Positions 1-21,800 of a stretch of 64,000 bases of DNA are shown in pieces (the first letter of the stretch is position 1; each line of letters opens with the position of its first letter). Where the stretch lies: the NCBI RefSeq assembly GCF_009914755.1, contig NC_060934.1. One strand, written 5' to 3'. The stretch is from the human T2T-CHM13v2.0 reference genome, Homo sapiens. The notes beneath the pieces were generated by a model. It did not search any database, had not been told where the DNA came from, and was given only the letters and a program-made list of their open reading frames with translations. The position numbers and the translations under genes are program-made.

Positions 1-29
1 TTGAGATGGTATCTCTTGACTTCTCTTCA

Positions 30-488
<459 letters not shown>

Positions 489-1670
489 GAGTGAACAGCA
501 GAAAAGATCAAGGTAAGAGAGAGCTATCAATTGAGTGGAACCAGGAGTCAGAAAGAAGCTGGACAGCATCAGACCTGGAGAATTGGAATAGGCCTAGAAC
601 AGGCAACACAGGTATTGAACAATTATGGAGTGAATTCTCACAGCTGGGAGAATTTTATGAAGAGGGACCTGAATGTTTCATGGAGACTTTTCCATAGTGG
701 AACCCTTTGAAATTAGAAAAAAAGTATGTATGTGTGTGTTTCCATAAACACATTGGTCTATGCTGTATATACGAATATACACTGGTTCTAAAGTGCTAGA
801 TATGGAAAGCCTGTTTCTTGTATGGCACTGGTAGTATCTCCTTTACGGTACTATCTGGAAACCAGTCCTTTCTGTCTTTTATGATGGAGTTTCCTCAGGG
901 AAAATAAGCAACCTCAGGGAAAGAAAGAGAAAATATATAGGTAAGAGAGTGTAGAAGGGAGAGAGTAGCAGCATAAAGGGAGCAGAAAGGAAAAACCCAG
1001 CAAAACACAGTGCATACCTATGAAACAGAAATGGGGGTGTCAACCCTGCAGGAGGGAGAAAGCAGCCAGTTGCTGGGAAGAGGGATGTCACCATTGTTGG
1101 AATCTTGTATACAAGGGTGATATTCTGCAGGACCAGGGAGACATGCATTTAGAAACTTAGTCATGGCCAAAGTCCCGCAGAAGGAGTGACTGATAGTCAC
1201 AGGAAGCTTAAATTGGTGGAGTGTACTCTTTGGCATTTTTCTAATTAGTTCGTGTTCATTAAATGATTCCAGAGTATAGTTAAGCTGTAGTACTTAGTCT
1301 GTGTAACAAATTATTCTCCCCTAAATGCCTCCTAAGAACCCTCGCCAGGTGCTGATTATGTCTCCCATACCTGAATCTAATGTGTCTGTCCCTCACCCTG
1401 ATGATTTGCCAGAACTGATCACTGCTAGTCCCTCCTTCCAGAGAAACAAGGAGACAGAATTATTAACCAAACAGGAGGGCAAAAAGGGAAAAAAAGCCTA
1501 TATAACACAAGAATAGATTACACTGCTGACCTGGGTTTCAGTTACATACAAATTGCATCTTCACAGAGGAGCTCAGCTCTTCAGGTTTAAATTAAACTTA
1601 GTCCAATAGACATTTATAGGGCACCTATTTTGTACTTGGCACTGGGCCATGTGGGAAAACAAACTGGCTT

Positions 1671-1965
1671 GGTCAGGTGCGGTGGCTTAGGCCTGTAACT
1701 CCAGCACTTTGGGAGGCAGAGGTGGGAGGATTGCTTGAGTCCAGGAGTTCCAGACCACCCTGGGCAACACGATGAACCCCTGTCTCTACAAAATATACAA
1801 AAAAATTAGCTGAGCATGGTGGCATGTGCCTATAGTCCTAGCTACTTAGGAGGCTGAGGTGGGAGGATCACCCGAGACTGGGAGGTTGAGGCTACAGTGA
1901 ACTGAGCCATGATTGCACCACTGCACTCCAGCCTAGGTGACAGAGTGAGACCCTGTCTCAAAAAC
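1671..1965 (+). mobile_element. AluJ
   Basis: Full dimer with J-type GGGAGGATTGCTTGAG and GAGACCCTGTCTC; flanking AAAACAAACTG repeat. Confidence 0.9.
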
Positions 1966-2343
1966 AAACTGTAAGGCATGGTTACTGCTCTTGAGAAGCT
2001 GAAAATATTCCCAAAGAGGCCAGTGTGAACAAGTATACAATAAAATTTGTAAATGAGAGAAAAATTCCTTGTGAGTAAAAATGCCAGGAAATTCAGAGAA
2101 TGGAGGCACTAACTCAAACTGGAGTGAGAAAGCTCTGGGGAGAATTTGGGATTTGGGACCTAGGCCCTTGGAACATAAACCAGATTTTGAGGTGAGAATA
2201 AAAGAGATGAGAGCACCCAAATGGAGAAAACAGAATGATCTTATCAAGACAATCTCAGAACTACTGAAGAAGCTATTTGATAAAGGTAATCAGTAGGCAT
2301 GAATCCCTCAGTGGACCATGAGTTCTTCAACAGCTGGCATCAT

Positions 2344-2647
2344 GGCCGGGCATGGTGGCTCAAGCCTGTAATCCCAGCACTTTGGGAGGTCGAACGGGGG
2401 AGATCACCTGAGGTCAGGAGTTCAAGACAAGCCTGGCCAACATGGTGTAACCCTGCCTCTACTACAAATACAAAAAATTAGCTGGGCGTGGTGGTGGGCG
2501 CCTGTAATCCTAGCTACTCGGAAGGCTGAGGCAGGAGAATTGCTTGAACCCCGGAGTTGCAGGTTTCAGTGAGCCAAGATTGCGCCATTGCACTCCAGCC
2601 TGGGTGATAAGAGTGGGACTCCCTTTCAAGAAAAAAAAAAAAAAAAA
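2344..2647 (+). mobile_element. AluS
   Basis: Full dimer with A tail; TSD GCTGGCATCAT. Confidence 0.95.
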
Positions 2648-2761
2648 GTGCTGGCATCATGTCTTAGGCCTCTTGGAATTCATTCATTCAACAAATCTGG
2701 GTGTTGAGAATAAGCAATGAGTGAAACAGACAGCGTCTCTGCCCTCATGCAGTGCAGCTTA

Positions 2762-3110
<349 letters not shown>

Positions 3111-3599
3111 TTGCAGGAGGCTAGTTACAGACTTCTTTTGCTGGAAAGAAGAGAAAAATATCTACATTTTAGATTAATTTATTTCCACATCCAAAAAGTC
3201 CAGCTGAATGGACTCTGTGGAAGTAGTACACAAACATACATACCACTTACAAATCAAGCGGTCTGTAAAGATTATTTGCCTATGTTAACTTAGTGAGCCT
3301 GCAGCAAGACAAGTTCCTCTTTTTATTATTTCAGTGCTTACTACTCTTTTCCACATCATGCACACACTGAAGATGATAGTATTTGTCTGGCTCACTGGGG
3401 TAGAGGGAAGAGAGGGAATAGCCCTGGAGGTTCCACCCTCAGGCTCAAAGGGAGAAGTATTTCAGTACATCTCTAATCCATTTGGCTCATTAACTAGAAA
3501 GTTCTGTTTTATTTAATCACAGAAAAGTCTATTTTTGTAAAATACTTATAACCTTGATCTGTCCCTCCTACAAGCATCACCATCTCAGAGAATGACTAC

Positions 3600-4477
3600 T
3601 CCACCTTTCTAATTGCTCAGGGCAGAAATCTTGAGATCATCTTTGATGCCTCTCTCTCTCTCACTTAGCATCCTTTCATTCCATTAGTAAATCCTGTTAG
3701 CTCTATATGGTCCAACACTTCTTACCACCTCCTCTGTGCTACAACCCTAGTCCACAGTCTTTTTGTGCCTGGATTACTTAAAATTCTTCTGTCTGGTCTC
3801 ACTTCTTCCTCTCTTGCTCCTCTGCAGTCCCTTCTGTAAATAGCAGTGGGCACAATGCTGTTAAAACAGAAGTCTAATAATAACATATCTTCAAAATTCT
3901 CTCGTGACTCTCAATCTCACTTAAAGTGAAGTTCAGAGGTCTCACAATGGCCTGCAAGGCCTGCCCCCTAATGGCCTACCAGACCCTGCCCCATCTGCCG
4001 CCTCCTCCTTCCTCTCTGAACTCACGTTTTACCATTTTCTCCTTTGCTCAATTCTCTCGAGCTACTCTGGCTTACCTGTTCTGCCTTGAACACACCAGAC
4101 AATTCCTGCCTCAGAAATTTTGCTTTTGATGTACTGCCTGCCTGCAATGCTCAGATATCTTCATGGCACTCTCTCACACCTGTTAGGTCTCAGTTTAAAT
4201 GCCAGTTTCATAGTGGGACCTTCTTTGATCACACTATTTACCATCAGCTCCCACCTCCAAACTAACTCTGTTATATCCTATCCCTTTCCTCTATAGCACT
4301 TATTACTGTCCATTCTGTTTATTGTCTGACACCCTCACTGGAATGTAAGGTTCTTGAGGGCAGGGATTTTTTTCAGTTTTGTTCCCTGTTGTAGCTACAG
4401 TACACAGAACAGTACCCAACCTATAGTAAAAACTCAATAAATTTTTGTTGAATCGATGAATAAATTAATGAATGAAT
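3600..4477 (+). mobile_element. L2 LINE 3' fragment
   Basis: Pyrimidine-rich L2 body ending CTCAATAAATTTTTGTTGAATCGATGAAT...GAATGAAT. Confidence 0.75.
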
Positions 4478-4639
4478 TCACATGTTACTTGGCTTTCTAA
4501 AACCTGAAGTTGTCAGTGTGATAAAAACTGTTTATTGTTTAGAACAAAGGCAGAGGACCTGGTTACAAGGTTAACCTAATGACTGTCTCTGAAATATTAC
4601 AGTGTTAAAACTTTGCTAATGGATTATTTCCTGATGTTA

Positions 4640-5860
<1,221 letters not shown>

Positions 5861-6786
5861 CCCAGGGGTTATTTATTTATTTTACCTTTTCATTTTGAAA
5901 CAATTTTGATCTTACAGAATACTTGTAATAATAGTGAAAGGAACTTCAAACTGTATACACTTTAGAGGGTCTCACCACTAACTCTTAAAGTTTTGTCACA
6001 TTGGCATTCTCTCTTGCCACACTCCCCGTTTTCTCTTTATTCACACACAGACTCAAACACACACATTTATAGATCCTTATCCATGTCAATATTTATATAA
6101 ATTGTTTTCTGAACCATTTGGTTATAAGTTACATACATTATACCTCTTTACCTCAAAATTCTTTAGTGTGTATTTTCCAAGAACAAGACAATTCTCCACA
6201 GTACAGTTATCAATTCAGGAAATGTAAAACCAATACGATACTTGTATCCAAGCTGCAGTGCATGTTCCAATTTCATCAGTTGTCCCAATAACGTCCTTTA
6301 TAATAAGTAGAATACAGTCCAAGACTTGTCTATTTTGTTGATTTTTACAAATTTATTACTTTGATCTATCTTTCTATTCTTCAGCGTAGTAACTTCTGAT
6401 TTTTTTTTCCCCATCTTAAGTTTTTGTTTTTTTCCTAGTTTTTTGAGTTGTAGACTTGGAGATTTAATTCATTTATTTTTTGCTTTTTATTTTCCTTGAT
6501 ATAGATGTTTAAGGCTATGAATTTTCTTTTGATTATTGCTTTAAATCTATACTATTGATTTTTATATGAAGTGTTTTTCCTCATATAATTATCATTTTTC
6601 AGAAATTCTTTAATTTTTGCTTATATTCTATTTTACACGAGCTATTTAGTAGATTTTGCTTTTTAACTTCTAGTTTTATTAAATCATGATTTCAGAGTGT
6701 ATTGCTATATATATATCCATATTTCCATAAAATATGGCTTATTTTCTCACTCTTTGTCTAATGGTCTCACTTTGTGCTGAGGGTGA

Positions 6787-7102
<316 letters not shown>

Positions 7103-7249
7103 TATTACTGTTTCTGTTTCTAATTGTATCGCCTTAGTTTCTTCTGTGTCCTTTTTTTGGTCTCATTTAATACTTTTGGGGGCTGAATTTTATTTTGTTT
7201 GAGATAAGAATTGCAACCCTGCCTTTAAAAAACTTACACACAAACACAC

Positions 7250-9603
<2,354 letters not shown>

Positions 9604-9841
9604 ACATTTATTAATGTAACTGATATGTTTGGCTTTGACTCCCACATTACTTTATATTATAGTTATTGTGTTTATTAGATATACTTTCTTTTTCTAAATG
9701 GTGTAACTTTGTGGCTCCTTCTTTAAACATTTTGTTTGATATTTAGGAAGGTTTGCATTTTTGTTCTAATGGTTAGCTTTGTATTTATAATTTAGATAGT
9801 GCTTAGTCATTTCTTGATTGGGTAAAGCTTTTCCTGTTGTA

Positions 9842-9985
9842 CAGGAGTCAGCAAACATTGTCTGAAAGAGCTAGATAGTAAATATTTAGGTTCTATGGGT
9901 TAAGAAGCAAAACAGAGGCTATTAGGAAACTACTTATATAACAGTTTACAATATAATTGCTTAAAAATGTAAGTGCCATTCTTAG

Positions 9986-10037
<52 letters not shown>

Positions 10038-10084
10038 GGTAGCTGGTCAGGTTTGACCTATGTGCTGTGGTTTATTAACCCTGG
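9842..10084. mobile_element. MER58-like hAT DNA transposon fossil
   Basis: Termini CAGGAGTCAGCAAAC...GTTTATTAACCCTG form degenerate TIRs; internal AGATAGTAAATATTTAGG. Confidence 0.6.
9989..10035. repeat. (AC)23 microsatellite
   Basis: Perfect dinucleotide run. Confidence 0.98.
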
Positions 10085-10696
10085 CCAAATATATTTTCTA
10101 GGAAAGATCCATGAATAAATTATTCTGGAGTACTTATATGTTTAAAATTGTTTTTCTACATCTTAATGCTTGAAGCATAACTTGTGTGGATACAAAAGTC
10201 CTTGATATGTACTTTCTTTCATTGGCTTTTTTTAAAAAATGCTGTTCTACTGTTCTCATATTCATATTTTTGACACACTTTTGACATTTTGTGTCAGGTT
10301 TCCTATATACATAGTAGGACATTTCATTTTATAAATTTTGGATTAAAAATAGTTCTGGAAAGTTTTGATTACAGTTTTAAATATATAGTCCTCTTCCATT
10401 GTTTGGGTTATTGTCTTCATGGTCTGCAATTATATGTATGTTGGATTATCTTTGTCTTCCCATCCAGCCACTTTTTTTCTGACCCTTTTTACTTCTTTCT
10501 TCATCTTATTTTCATTATCCTATAGGTGTTTTATGTTTGGTTGGTTTTGTTGTTGTTTTTTTCTTTTTCCTGTGTCCCTTATTACATTTTCATTGGACTC
10601 TATTCTCAGATACATTATAATGCATTCATTATTCTGAGATATCTGTCATTAAAAAACTCTTCGTTGTGTTCACTTGTTTCATTTCACTTATTCCTA

Positions 10697-11356
<660 letters not shown>

Positions 11357-11816
11357 GATTTTAATTGGTTTCTTTATCTTCAAATACTTGTTTGAGGATA
11401 TATTCAATTTGCAATGTTGTGTTACACTTTGATTTTGCTTCAGGGTTAGGTTTGGGTAAGTACATTTCATTAGCTGAAATGTTCAGCTTCTCAGTTTCTT
11501 TCATCTTCTTATGGTAGCTTCATATAGCATTGGTCTGATTATTTTTTAAGTCTAGGCATTTGTTGATAGGGTTTCTAATTTATGAGTGCTTAGTTCAGAC
11601 AGCATAGTGAAATGTAATTTCTTTAATAAAATGTCTTAGTGGTGATGTCATGGAGGAGGGGAGAAGAGTTGGCATGTCTTGTAATTCTCTTCTGTTTTCA
11701 TAGGATCCTTAATTTTTCTTCTTACTTTCTTTTTTCTCTCTGTGGCAGACATCTGAGGGGCATCACTACTTCTATATATTAATCTTCCTTTCCCCTAGAA
11801 GCAGTAATTCCTCTAG

Positions 11817-12141
<325 letters not shown>

Positions 12142-12474
12142 TGATATCTCACTTTCAAGCCCTTTCCTGTAGGTAGTGCTGTGTACTACTAAGTCCCAGA
12201 TTTGTTTTCAGTATTTTAGCACTCAGTTTCAGAGTGTCTCTGTCTGAGGGTGATTTTCTCTGTGTTCTAAGTAGTAATCTCACTTCTTTCCTTTTCTCTT
12301 CTCTTTTCCACATAGAATTTTAACTCCCCTAACTTTCTGTATTCATAGGGTTGTAGCAGCAATGGAAATGCTATTGTAATTTTATGTTTATATCTTACAA
12401 GTAATTTGAAGTTGTTACAGTTGAAGGCATGGGTCATGTGAGACTTTATTTATACTTCTTCCACCTGTTAGGTT

Positions 12475-13145
<671 letters not shown>

Positions 13146-13829
13146 TGTAGATAGAAGCTGTATTTTAGGGCTGACTGAAACTCTGAGGATTTATTTTAAG
13201 ATAGAAAAAAGTAGACTTGTTGACAATTTGGATATGAGCTTTGAGAAAAAGGGGAGCGTCAAAAGTACTTCTTAAATTATTGGCTGGCCAAATGAGGAAA
13301 AGGAGGTTGCGGAGGGGAATTGAGATAGAGGAAGTGAATAAAGATTTCAGTTTGGGATATATTAACTTTGGGAAATTTTTGAGACATCCAGTTGGAGATG
13401 TTGAGTAGGCAATTGGCTCTACAAATTTATATTCAGGGATAGGTTAGGACACATGTGGTATGGATATGATACATCTTTCACTCATTTTCTATTAAGAGAA
13501 TTTTGAAAATGGATGCTTCTGAGTTGAGTTGGGAAACCATCTCTTTTAACCCCTAAGCTAAGTCTTGCTACCATTAGAAAAATGTGTTTTCCAGTTATGC
13601 TTTCTTCAGAAGATTAGCAGATAACTGATGTCTTTTGAAAAGTTTAAATGGTAAATAACTTTTAAAAATATGGTGCCTGTATTGTCTGGAAACATTTAAA
13701 AACAGAGAAAAGAAAAACACTAAATTCAGATGGAATCTTGCCACATAGAAATAATCACTACTGATATTTTTGTATATATTCCACTTTTTTGTATGCATAT
13801 TTACAAATCAGAGACACACTTGAAATAAA

Positions 13830-13960
13830 ACAAAGAAATGATAGATGCTTGAGGTGATGGATATCTCAATTACCCTGATTTGATCATTACACATTGTTTG
13901 CTTGTATCATAATATCACATGTGCCCCATAAAAATGTATAACTATTATGTGTTCATGATA
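13830..13960 (+). mobile_element. L1MA 3'-end fragment
   Basis: GAGGTGATGGATATCTCAATTACCCTGATTTGATCATTACACATTG. Confidence 0.8.
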
Positions 13961-14968
13961 AAGATGCAACCATGCTATTTGCTACGGTTCTTAACTTTGC
14001 ACTTTTTTTTCCCCAAAAGTCAATGCTAAAAACCAAAAACCCCAAAAACCCACCAAAAAACCAAACCAAGTCAATATGCAATCTCACATTTCTGTATAAT
14101 TAAATAAGAGCCTAAGGTCTGGATGATTCTTTACTTTTAACAAGAACTCCAGGTAATTAATATGATCAACCTCAACTTCAGCTTTTTTCCTGATGACTGC
14201 ATATTATTTAAAAACAAAACCAAACCCTGCTATTTGTTTCCTCTTTCAGGTTAAATTATTCCAAGTGATTCCAATTAAGCAATCCTCATGTGTATCTCTT
14301 TAAGCTGTGACCAGGAAGATCTAAGAAGGTTCTATGGCATTTTGGAACTTTTCTCCCTGACTTGATTGTATTTGAAGTTTTGCCAAAATGAAAAATCAAG
14401 ACCTGTGCCTTGGGGCAGAGCTGTAGAGCTACGTCATGATGCTTGGTTTTCATTTAAGACAGGGAGGCCATTCTGGAAATCAAACTTTAATTAAGCACAC
14501 AGCTGGGAGTGGATAGGGGTCAAAGCCTGGAACTTGCCCCTCCTCCTCATACTACTATCCCAGGTGAGATGTATTTTCCTGGTATGATCCCCATTGCTGG
14601 CATGCCTGAACCTTTCCCCAGATAATTTCAGAAAGCGGCCTGTGATGCATGTTCTAAGGTAGGATTTATCTAATTTCTTTTGAATTGGTGAAGATTGTAT
14701 TGGGAACTAGGGTTAGACTGTTTCTAACCTCAGCAGAGTCACTTCCATACTGTTCCAGCTGATAGCAAACACTGATAACAATTTCAAAGGAGGAAAATAA
14801 ATGTTTAAATGGCAGTAACGTAGAAAAGTGCCTTGGTTTCAAAACATGTTGATAACTACTGCTCCTTTGTTATTCAGTTTTGCCCTCTATAAAAGTCTGC
14901 TATTATTTCTAGCGCTGTTTCCTGAGTAGTTTTCTAGTCAAGCAATATGAGGGATTAAAATGGTGCTT

Positions 14969-15002
14969 GGGGCGGGGGTGGAGGGGAGGGCAGGGGTGGG
15001 GG
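14969..15002 (+). other. G-quadruplex-capable G-run cluster with GC box
   Basis: GGGGCGGGGGTGGAGGGGAGGGCAGGGGTGGGGG: six runs of 3 or more G with short loops. Confidence 0.7.
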
Positions 15003-15066
15003 AGTCAAGCTGAAGTTTCAGTACCCAAGTCTCATTGTACTTTGCTAGGAATACCTATGGCATTAA

Positions 15067-15510
<444 letters not shown>

Positions 15511-15706
15511 TAGAATCCAGAGGAAGAAGAGAGTGGGGAGTAGAGAAAGGGAAAAAACAGAGAACTATTAAAACCAATAGATGCTATAAAGTGCAAAGAA
15601 CCATATTTTGTTTAGGACCTCCCTGCATCTTTAACTTTGTTATTCTCCATTTCAGGTTCCTGTGTGCTTCTGTCAGAGACATAATGTAATATTCTAATGA
15701 GTTTAA

Positions 15707-16045
<339 letters not shown>

Positions 16046-17600
16046 GCTGTTCCCTTATTCCACTTCTGAAAATGTGTTTTCAGAGGACAAAGATTTGTCT
16101 TTATTCAACACTGAATTTGTAGCACCTAGTAGGTGCTCAGCTTGTTGAATGAATGAAGATTTGAATACACTAAGCACATCGCTTACATGACCTCTTAATA
16201 ATCTGAGCTTTACAATGTTTTGGACTAGAAACAGGACTTTCTCCCCCATGTTATTGTTGTTATATGTATTTAAAGACAAAAACTTTTGGGTGACTAGTTT
16301 GAATTCAGGAGTTTAGGGTATGTATGGCATTTGGAATATGATCACTATATCACTAGGTATGTGCCACCATTCCATTATTTTTATGGAGTCCATACATTTC
16401 TCTGATACATGAGCTAGGAGTTGAAAACAGTCTATTAAGTTAGTATGCAACCTATTTTAGGACTGTTAGTCTCCACAGTCTGACCACAACTCTTTAAATT
16501 TGTCTGTCATTGTCAGTCTTCATTGTCTTAAGTCTAGCCCAGAGCTGCTACTCACTGTCAGCAGAATCCCAAAGTCAAAATGAAGAGTGTTCCAGAACCC
16601 ATATCAAGGCCTCCTCATGTGGGCTCCTAACAGCCCAGCTTAGTCTGTTACTGCCTTCTAAATACAGCACCCTGGAGCTTTAGAGCTTCAATACTTCTTT
16701 TAAAGAAAGGTTAAAACTTGGAACAGGGAAAGTAGATGCATTCAGAGTAGAGAAACTGATAGGATATTTTTGGATGACAATTGGTTCATAAATTTTAATC
16801 CCTCTTCTCTGTTAAATCTCTCAAAGGAAATCTCTAGGTTTTGCACTCTTTGACTCTTATCCTCTGCTTAGTTTTGTCTTTTGTAAAGTATGTCCCCTTT
16901 TAAAAAATTATAAAAGGACACATTTGCAGTCTTGTTTTAGTACTCTGAAACCAGAATTGTTAACAGTAGGTTAACATGTGCATGCAAGATTACATTCTCC
17001 TCTGTACGTTACAGATCTGAAAAAGGGAAAAGAATTAAAAGAATTATAAATAGTTATACACTACTAATGTTCATCTATTTTTAAATCTATCATTCTATTT
17101 CTAAATTTCTTGATTTAGAAAAGGTTCTAAATTGCTTGATTTAGAAATAGAAAGTTTTTATACTTGCAAGCTTTTATTTTTGTCTTTCTTAGATTTTAAT
17201 TATTCTTTGCAAAACTCAGAGTCTAATTTATTTGTTGCACACTGAGAAGGTAACATGTTATACCTGTTACATTAGAGGAAGAAAAAAAAAAGATAATACC
17301 AGAGGCAGGGTCTGCTGAATTAAAAGTGAAACATCCACATATGTATACTCACACTTGGCTGCTGGTAGGGATGACTCAGGAAAACTCATTTGAGAATCAA
17401 TTTTACATAATAGCAAGAGCTGTTCACAGATTTTTGACCTGATAATTCCACTTTTTATTGGAGCATTTATAATATTTGGAAAAAATTGAAATATCCAAAT
17501 ATCAGAAAGTGTAAATTATGTAGTCGTATAAATTATATCTCTATTGGAAATAATAATATCTAGCTATTGAATTGTAAAGATCCTGCATGGGGCAAAGCCC

Positions 17601-17908
17601 TTTTTTTTTTTTTTTTTTTTTTTTTTGAGATTGAGTTTTGCTTTTGTTGCCCAGGCTGTAGTGCAATGGCGCAATCCCGGCTCACTGCAACCTCCACCTC
17701 CCGGGTTCAAGTGATTCTCCTGCCTCAGCCTCCTGAGTAGCTAGGGTTATAGGCATGTGCCACCACACCTGGCTAATTTTGTATTTTTAGTAGAGACAAG
17801 GTTTTTCCATGTTGGTAAGTCTGAACTCAAACTCCCGACCTCAGGTGATCCGCCTGCCTCAGCCTCCCAAAATGCTGGGATTACAGGAGTGAGCCACTGC
17901 GCCCGGCC
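17601..17908 (-). mobile_element. AluSp-like
   Basis: CTTTTGTTGCCCAGG, TTTTCCATGTTGGT; TSD about GGCAAAGCC. Confidence 0.93.
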
Positions 17909-18827
17909 CTGGCAAAGCCTATTTTTAAATGTAAGTGAATAAAGGAAATATAAAGTTACACCACTCTTATTCACCTGTGGAAAAAAATAAATACATTTGA
18001 TGCAAACTAGAAGGAAATACTTGTTTTAGGGTGTTAGAATTAAGCATGGTTTTATTTTTTAATGTTTTTGTTTTTGAAATGGAAAAAAATTAAAAATGCT
18101 TATCCTAGAAGATCATGTGATTTTTTAGCAACTGTCTACACAAACTACATTGATATTGCAAAACTGGCATAAGCCTTTACTAGAAAACTGAAATAACAAA
18201 TGCCTCTTGGTTACACAAAATATTCCATTTTTCAACTTCATTTATTCCAGCACTGCAAATGTTTGCAACTCAGCTTTTGTGACCCTCATAGTGTACATCC
18301 ACTATTTTTGAAAGCTATTCAGAAATATTCAGAATTATATGTAGTACTGTTCAAGGTATATCCAACAACACTGTGAGGAAAATGAGGGCCCAGGTCACAC
18401 AACTAGTGAGGGATACTTCATCCAGGAGTATAATATGTACCCCTTATTGGCCAACTTAAGGGAGAGAAGTTTGAGGAACACCAGCTGATATTACTACTAG
18501 GGGTACCCTTGGGAGACAGGGCCTAAGACAGAAAGGTGAAAACTCAGGGAAACCAGACAAAGGACTACTGGGTAACTAGGAAGGAGACAAGTCAGGACAC
18601 AAACTAGTGGATCTGAGATTGATGCCATATTAGTCATAATCCTTAGTTTTTAGGGAACAAAAAACACAATTTGGACCATATTAAGTATAAAGAGACTGTA
18701 CTGACTTATGTAAGTAGGAAGTACCTAACTTCTAAGAACTCAAATTACTTCAGAATTTTCTTTTCTCTCTGTCTCCATCTACCTTTCAGATCTGCTTATT
18801 TGTGCATTTTGGTTGGCCTCTCTCCTG

Positions 18828-21800
18828 TTTTATTTATTTTTATTTTAAGATATTTCTGTGCTTAAATTTTGTGGGTACAAACTAGGTATATATATTTATA
18901 GAGTATATGGGGTATTTTGATACAGGCATACAATGTATGATGATAACATTAGGGTAAATGTGGTATTTGTTTCCTCAAGCATTTATCTTTTGTGTTACAA
19001 ATAACCTAGTTTTACTCTTTTAGTTATTATAAAATGTACAATTAAATTATTGGCTGTACTCTGTTGTGCTATCAAATACTAGATCTTATTCATTCTTTCT
19101 AACTATTTTTTTGTACCCACAGGCATCCCCACTCCCCCAGCCCCCACCCTTCCAGACTTTGGTAACCATCCTTCTACTCCCTGTCTCCATAAGCTAAATT
19201 GTTTTAATTTTTAGTTCCCACAAATAAGTGTAAACATGTGAAGTTTGTCTTTCTGTGCCTGGCTTTTTTCACTTAACATAATGACCTCCAGTTCCATCCA
19301 TGTTGTTGCAAATGACAGGATCTCATTCTTTTTTATGACTGAATAGTACTGTATTGTGTATATGTACTCCATTTTCTTTATCCATTTTCCTGTTCATGGA
19401 CACTTAGGTCACTTCCAAATCGTGGCTATTGTGAATAGTGCTGCAATAAATATGTGAATGAAGATATCTTTGATGTATTGATTTCCTTACTTTTGGGTAT
19501 GTACCTAGCAGTGGGATTCTTGGATCATATGGTAGCTCTATTTTTAGTTTTGTGAAGAACTTTTAAACTGTTCTCCATAGTGGTTGTACTAATTTACATT
19601 CCCATCAACAGTGTACAAGGGTTCCTTTTTCTCTGCATCCTCACCAGCATTTGCTGTTGTCTGTCTTTTGGATAAATGTCATTTTACCTGGGGTGAGATG
19701 ATATCTCATTGTAGTTTCGATTTGCATTTCTCTGATGATCAGTGATGATGAGCACCTTTTCGTATACCTGTTTGGCATTTGTATGTCTTCTTCTGAGAAA
19801 TGTCTGTTCAGATATTTTGCCCATTTTTAATCAGATTATTAGATTTTGTTCCTATAGAGTTGTTTGAGCACCTTATATTCTGGTTATTAATCCTTTGTCA
19901 GATGGATAGTTTGCAAATATGTTCTTCCATTCTGTGTGTTGTCTCTTCACTTTGTTGATGATTTCCTTTGCTGTGCAGAAGCTTTTTAACTTGATGTGAT
20001 TCCATTAGTTCATTTTTGCTTTGATTGCCTGTGCTTAAGGGTATTACTCAAGAAATCTTTGCCCAGTCCAATGTCCTGGAGAGTTCCCCTAATGTTTTCC
20101 TTTAGTGGCTTCATAGTTTGAGATCTTAGATTTAAGTCTTTAATTCATCTGGATTTGATTTTTGTATATGGTGAGAGATAGGGGACTAGTTTCATTCTTC
20201 TATATATGAATATCCAGTTTTCCCAGCACCATTTACTGAAGACTGTCCTTTCCCCAATGTATGTTCTTGGAATCTTTGTAAAAAATAAGTTAAATGTAGA
20301 TGTATGGATTTGTTTCTGGGTTTCCTATTTTGTTTCATTGGTCTATGTGTCTGTTTATATGCCAGTACCATGCTGTTTTGCTTACTATAGCTCTGTAGTA
20401 TAATTTGAAGTCGGGTAATGTGATGCCTCCATTTTTGTTCTTTTTGCTAAGGATAACTTTGGCTATTCCAGGTCTATTGTGGTTTTACAAAAGACCATCC
20501 TAAAATTTACAAATTTTGGGTTGTTTTTCTATTTCTGTGAAGAATGCCTTTGATATTTTGATAGGGATTACATTGAATCTGTAGATTGCATGGGTAGTAT
20601 GGACATTTTAATAATATTGATTCCTCCAGTCCATGAACATGGAATATCTTTCCATTTTTTGTGTCCTCTTCCATTTCTTTCACCAGTGTTTTATAATTTT
20701 CGTTGTAGAGATGTTTCACTTCTTTGGTTAAATCCTAGGTATTTAATTTTATTTGTAGCTATGGTAAATGGGATTACGTTCTTGATTTTTTTTCAGATTG
20801 TTTACTGTTGGCATATAGAAATGCTACAGATTTTTGCATTTGACTTTCGTGTCCTGCAACTTTACTGAATTTATCAGTTCTAATAGTTTTTTGGTGGAGT
20901 CTTTACATTTTTCCAAATATAAAATCATGTCATCTGCAAACAAGGATAATTTGACTTCTGCTTTTCTAATTTGGATGCCCTTTATTTCTTTGTCTTATCT
21001 GTTTGCTCTAGCTAGGATTTCTAGTACTATGTTGAGTAATGGTGGTGAAAGTGGGCATTTTTGTTGTGTTTCAGATCTGAGAAGGAAGGCTTTTAGTTTT
21101 TTTCCCTATTCAGTATAATATTTGCCGTAGGTCTGTCATACATGGCTTCTATTATGTTGAGGCATTTTCCTTCCTTACCCAGTTTTTTGAGGGTTTTTAT
21201 CATGAGGGATGTTGAATTTTATGAAATGCTTTTTTGGCATTAATTGAAATGATCTTACGGTTTTTGTCCTTTATTCTGTTTATATGGTGTATGATATTGA
21301 CTGATTTGTGTATGTTGAATCATCCATGTATCACTGGGATAAATCCCACTCGGTCATGATGAATGATCTTTTTAATGTGTTGCTGAATTCTGTTTGCTAG
21401 TATTTTGTGGAAGACTTTTTTTTTTATCAATGTTCATCAGATATATTTGCCTATAGTTTTCTTGATGCGTCTTTGTCTGCTTTTGGTACTAGGGTAATAC
21501 TGGCCTCATAGAATAATTCTGAAACTATTTTTTGAAATAATTTGAGTAGAATTGGTATTGGTTCTTTAAATGTATGATAAAATTAAGCAGTGAAGCCATC
21601 AGGCCCCAGGCTTTTCTTTGCTGGGAGACATTTTATTATGAGTTTAGTTGTAATGATCGTTACTTGTAGTGGTCTGTTCAGGGTTTAGATTTCTTCATGG
21701 TTCAATCTTTGTAGGTTGTGCATGTCTTGGAATTTATCCATTTCATCTAGATTTTCTAATTTATTGGCACATAGTTGCTCATAGAAGCCTCTAATGATTC

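Noticed and set aside
1325-1516. 63-aa ORF (MPPKNPRQ...GKKGKKAYITQE) with protein-like composition
   Set aside because: No family I recognise, and no promoter, splice or retrocopy (poly(A)/TSD) evidence. The length is within chance expectation. A tBLASTn/PhyloCSF result would be needed to revive it.
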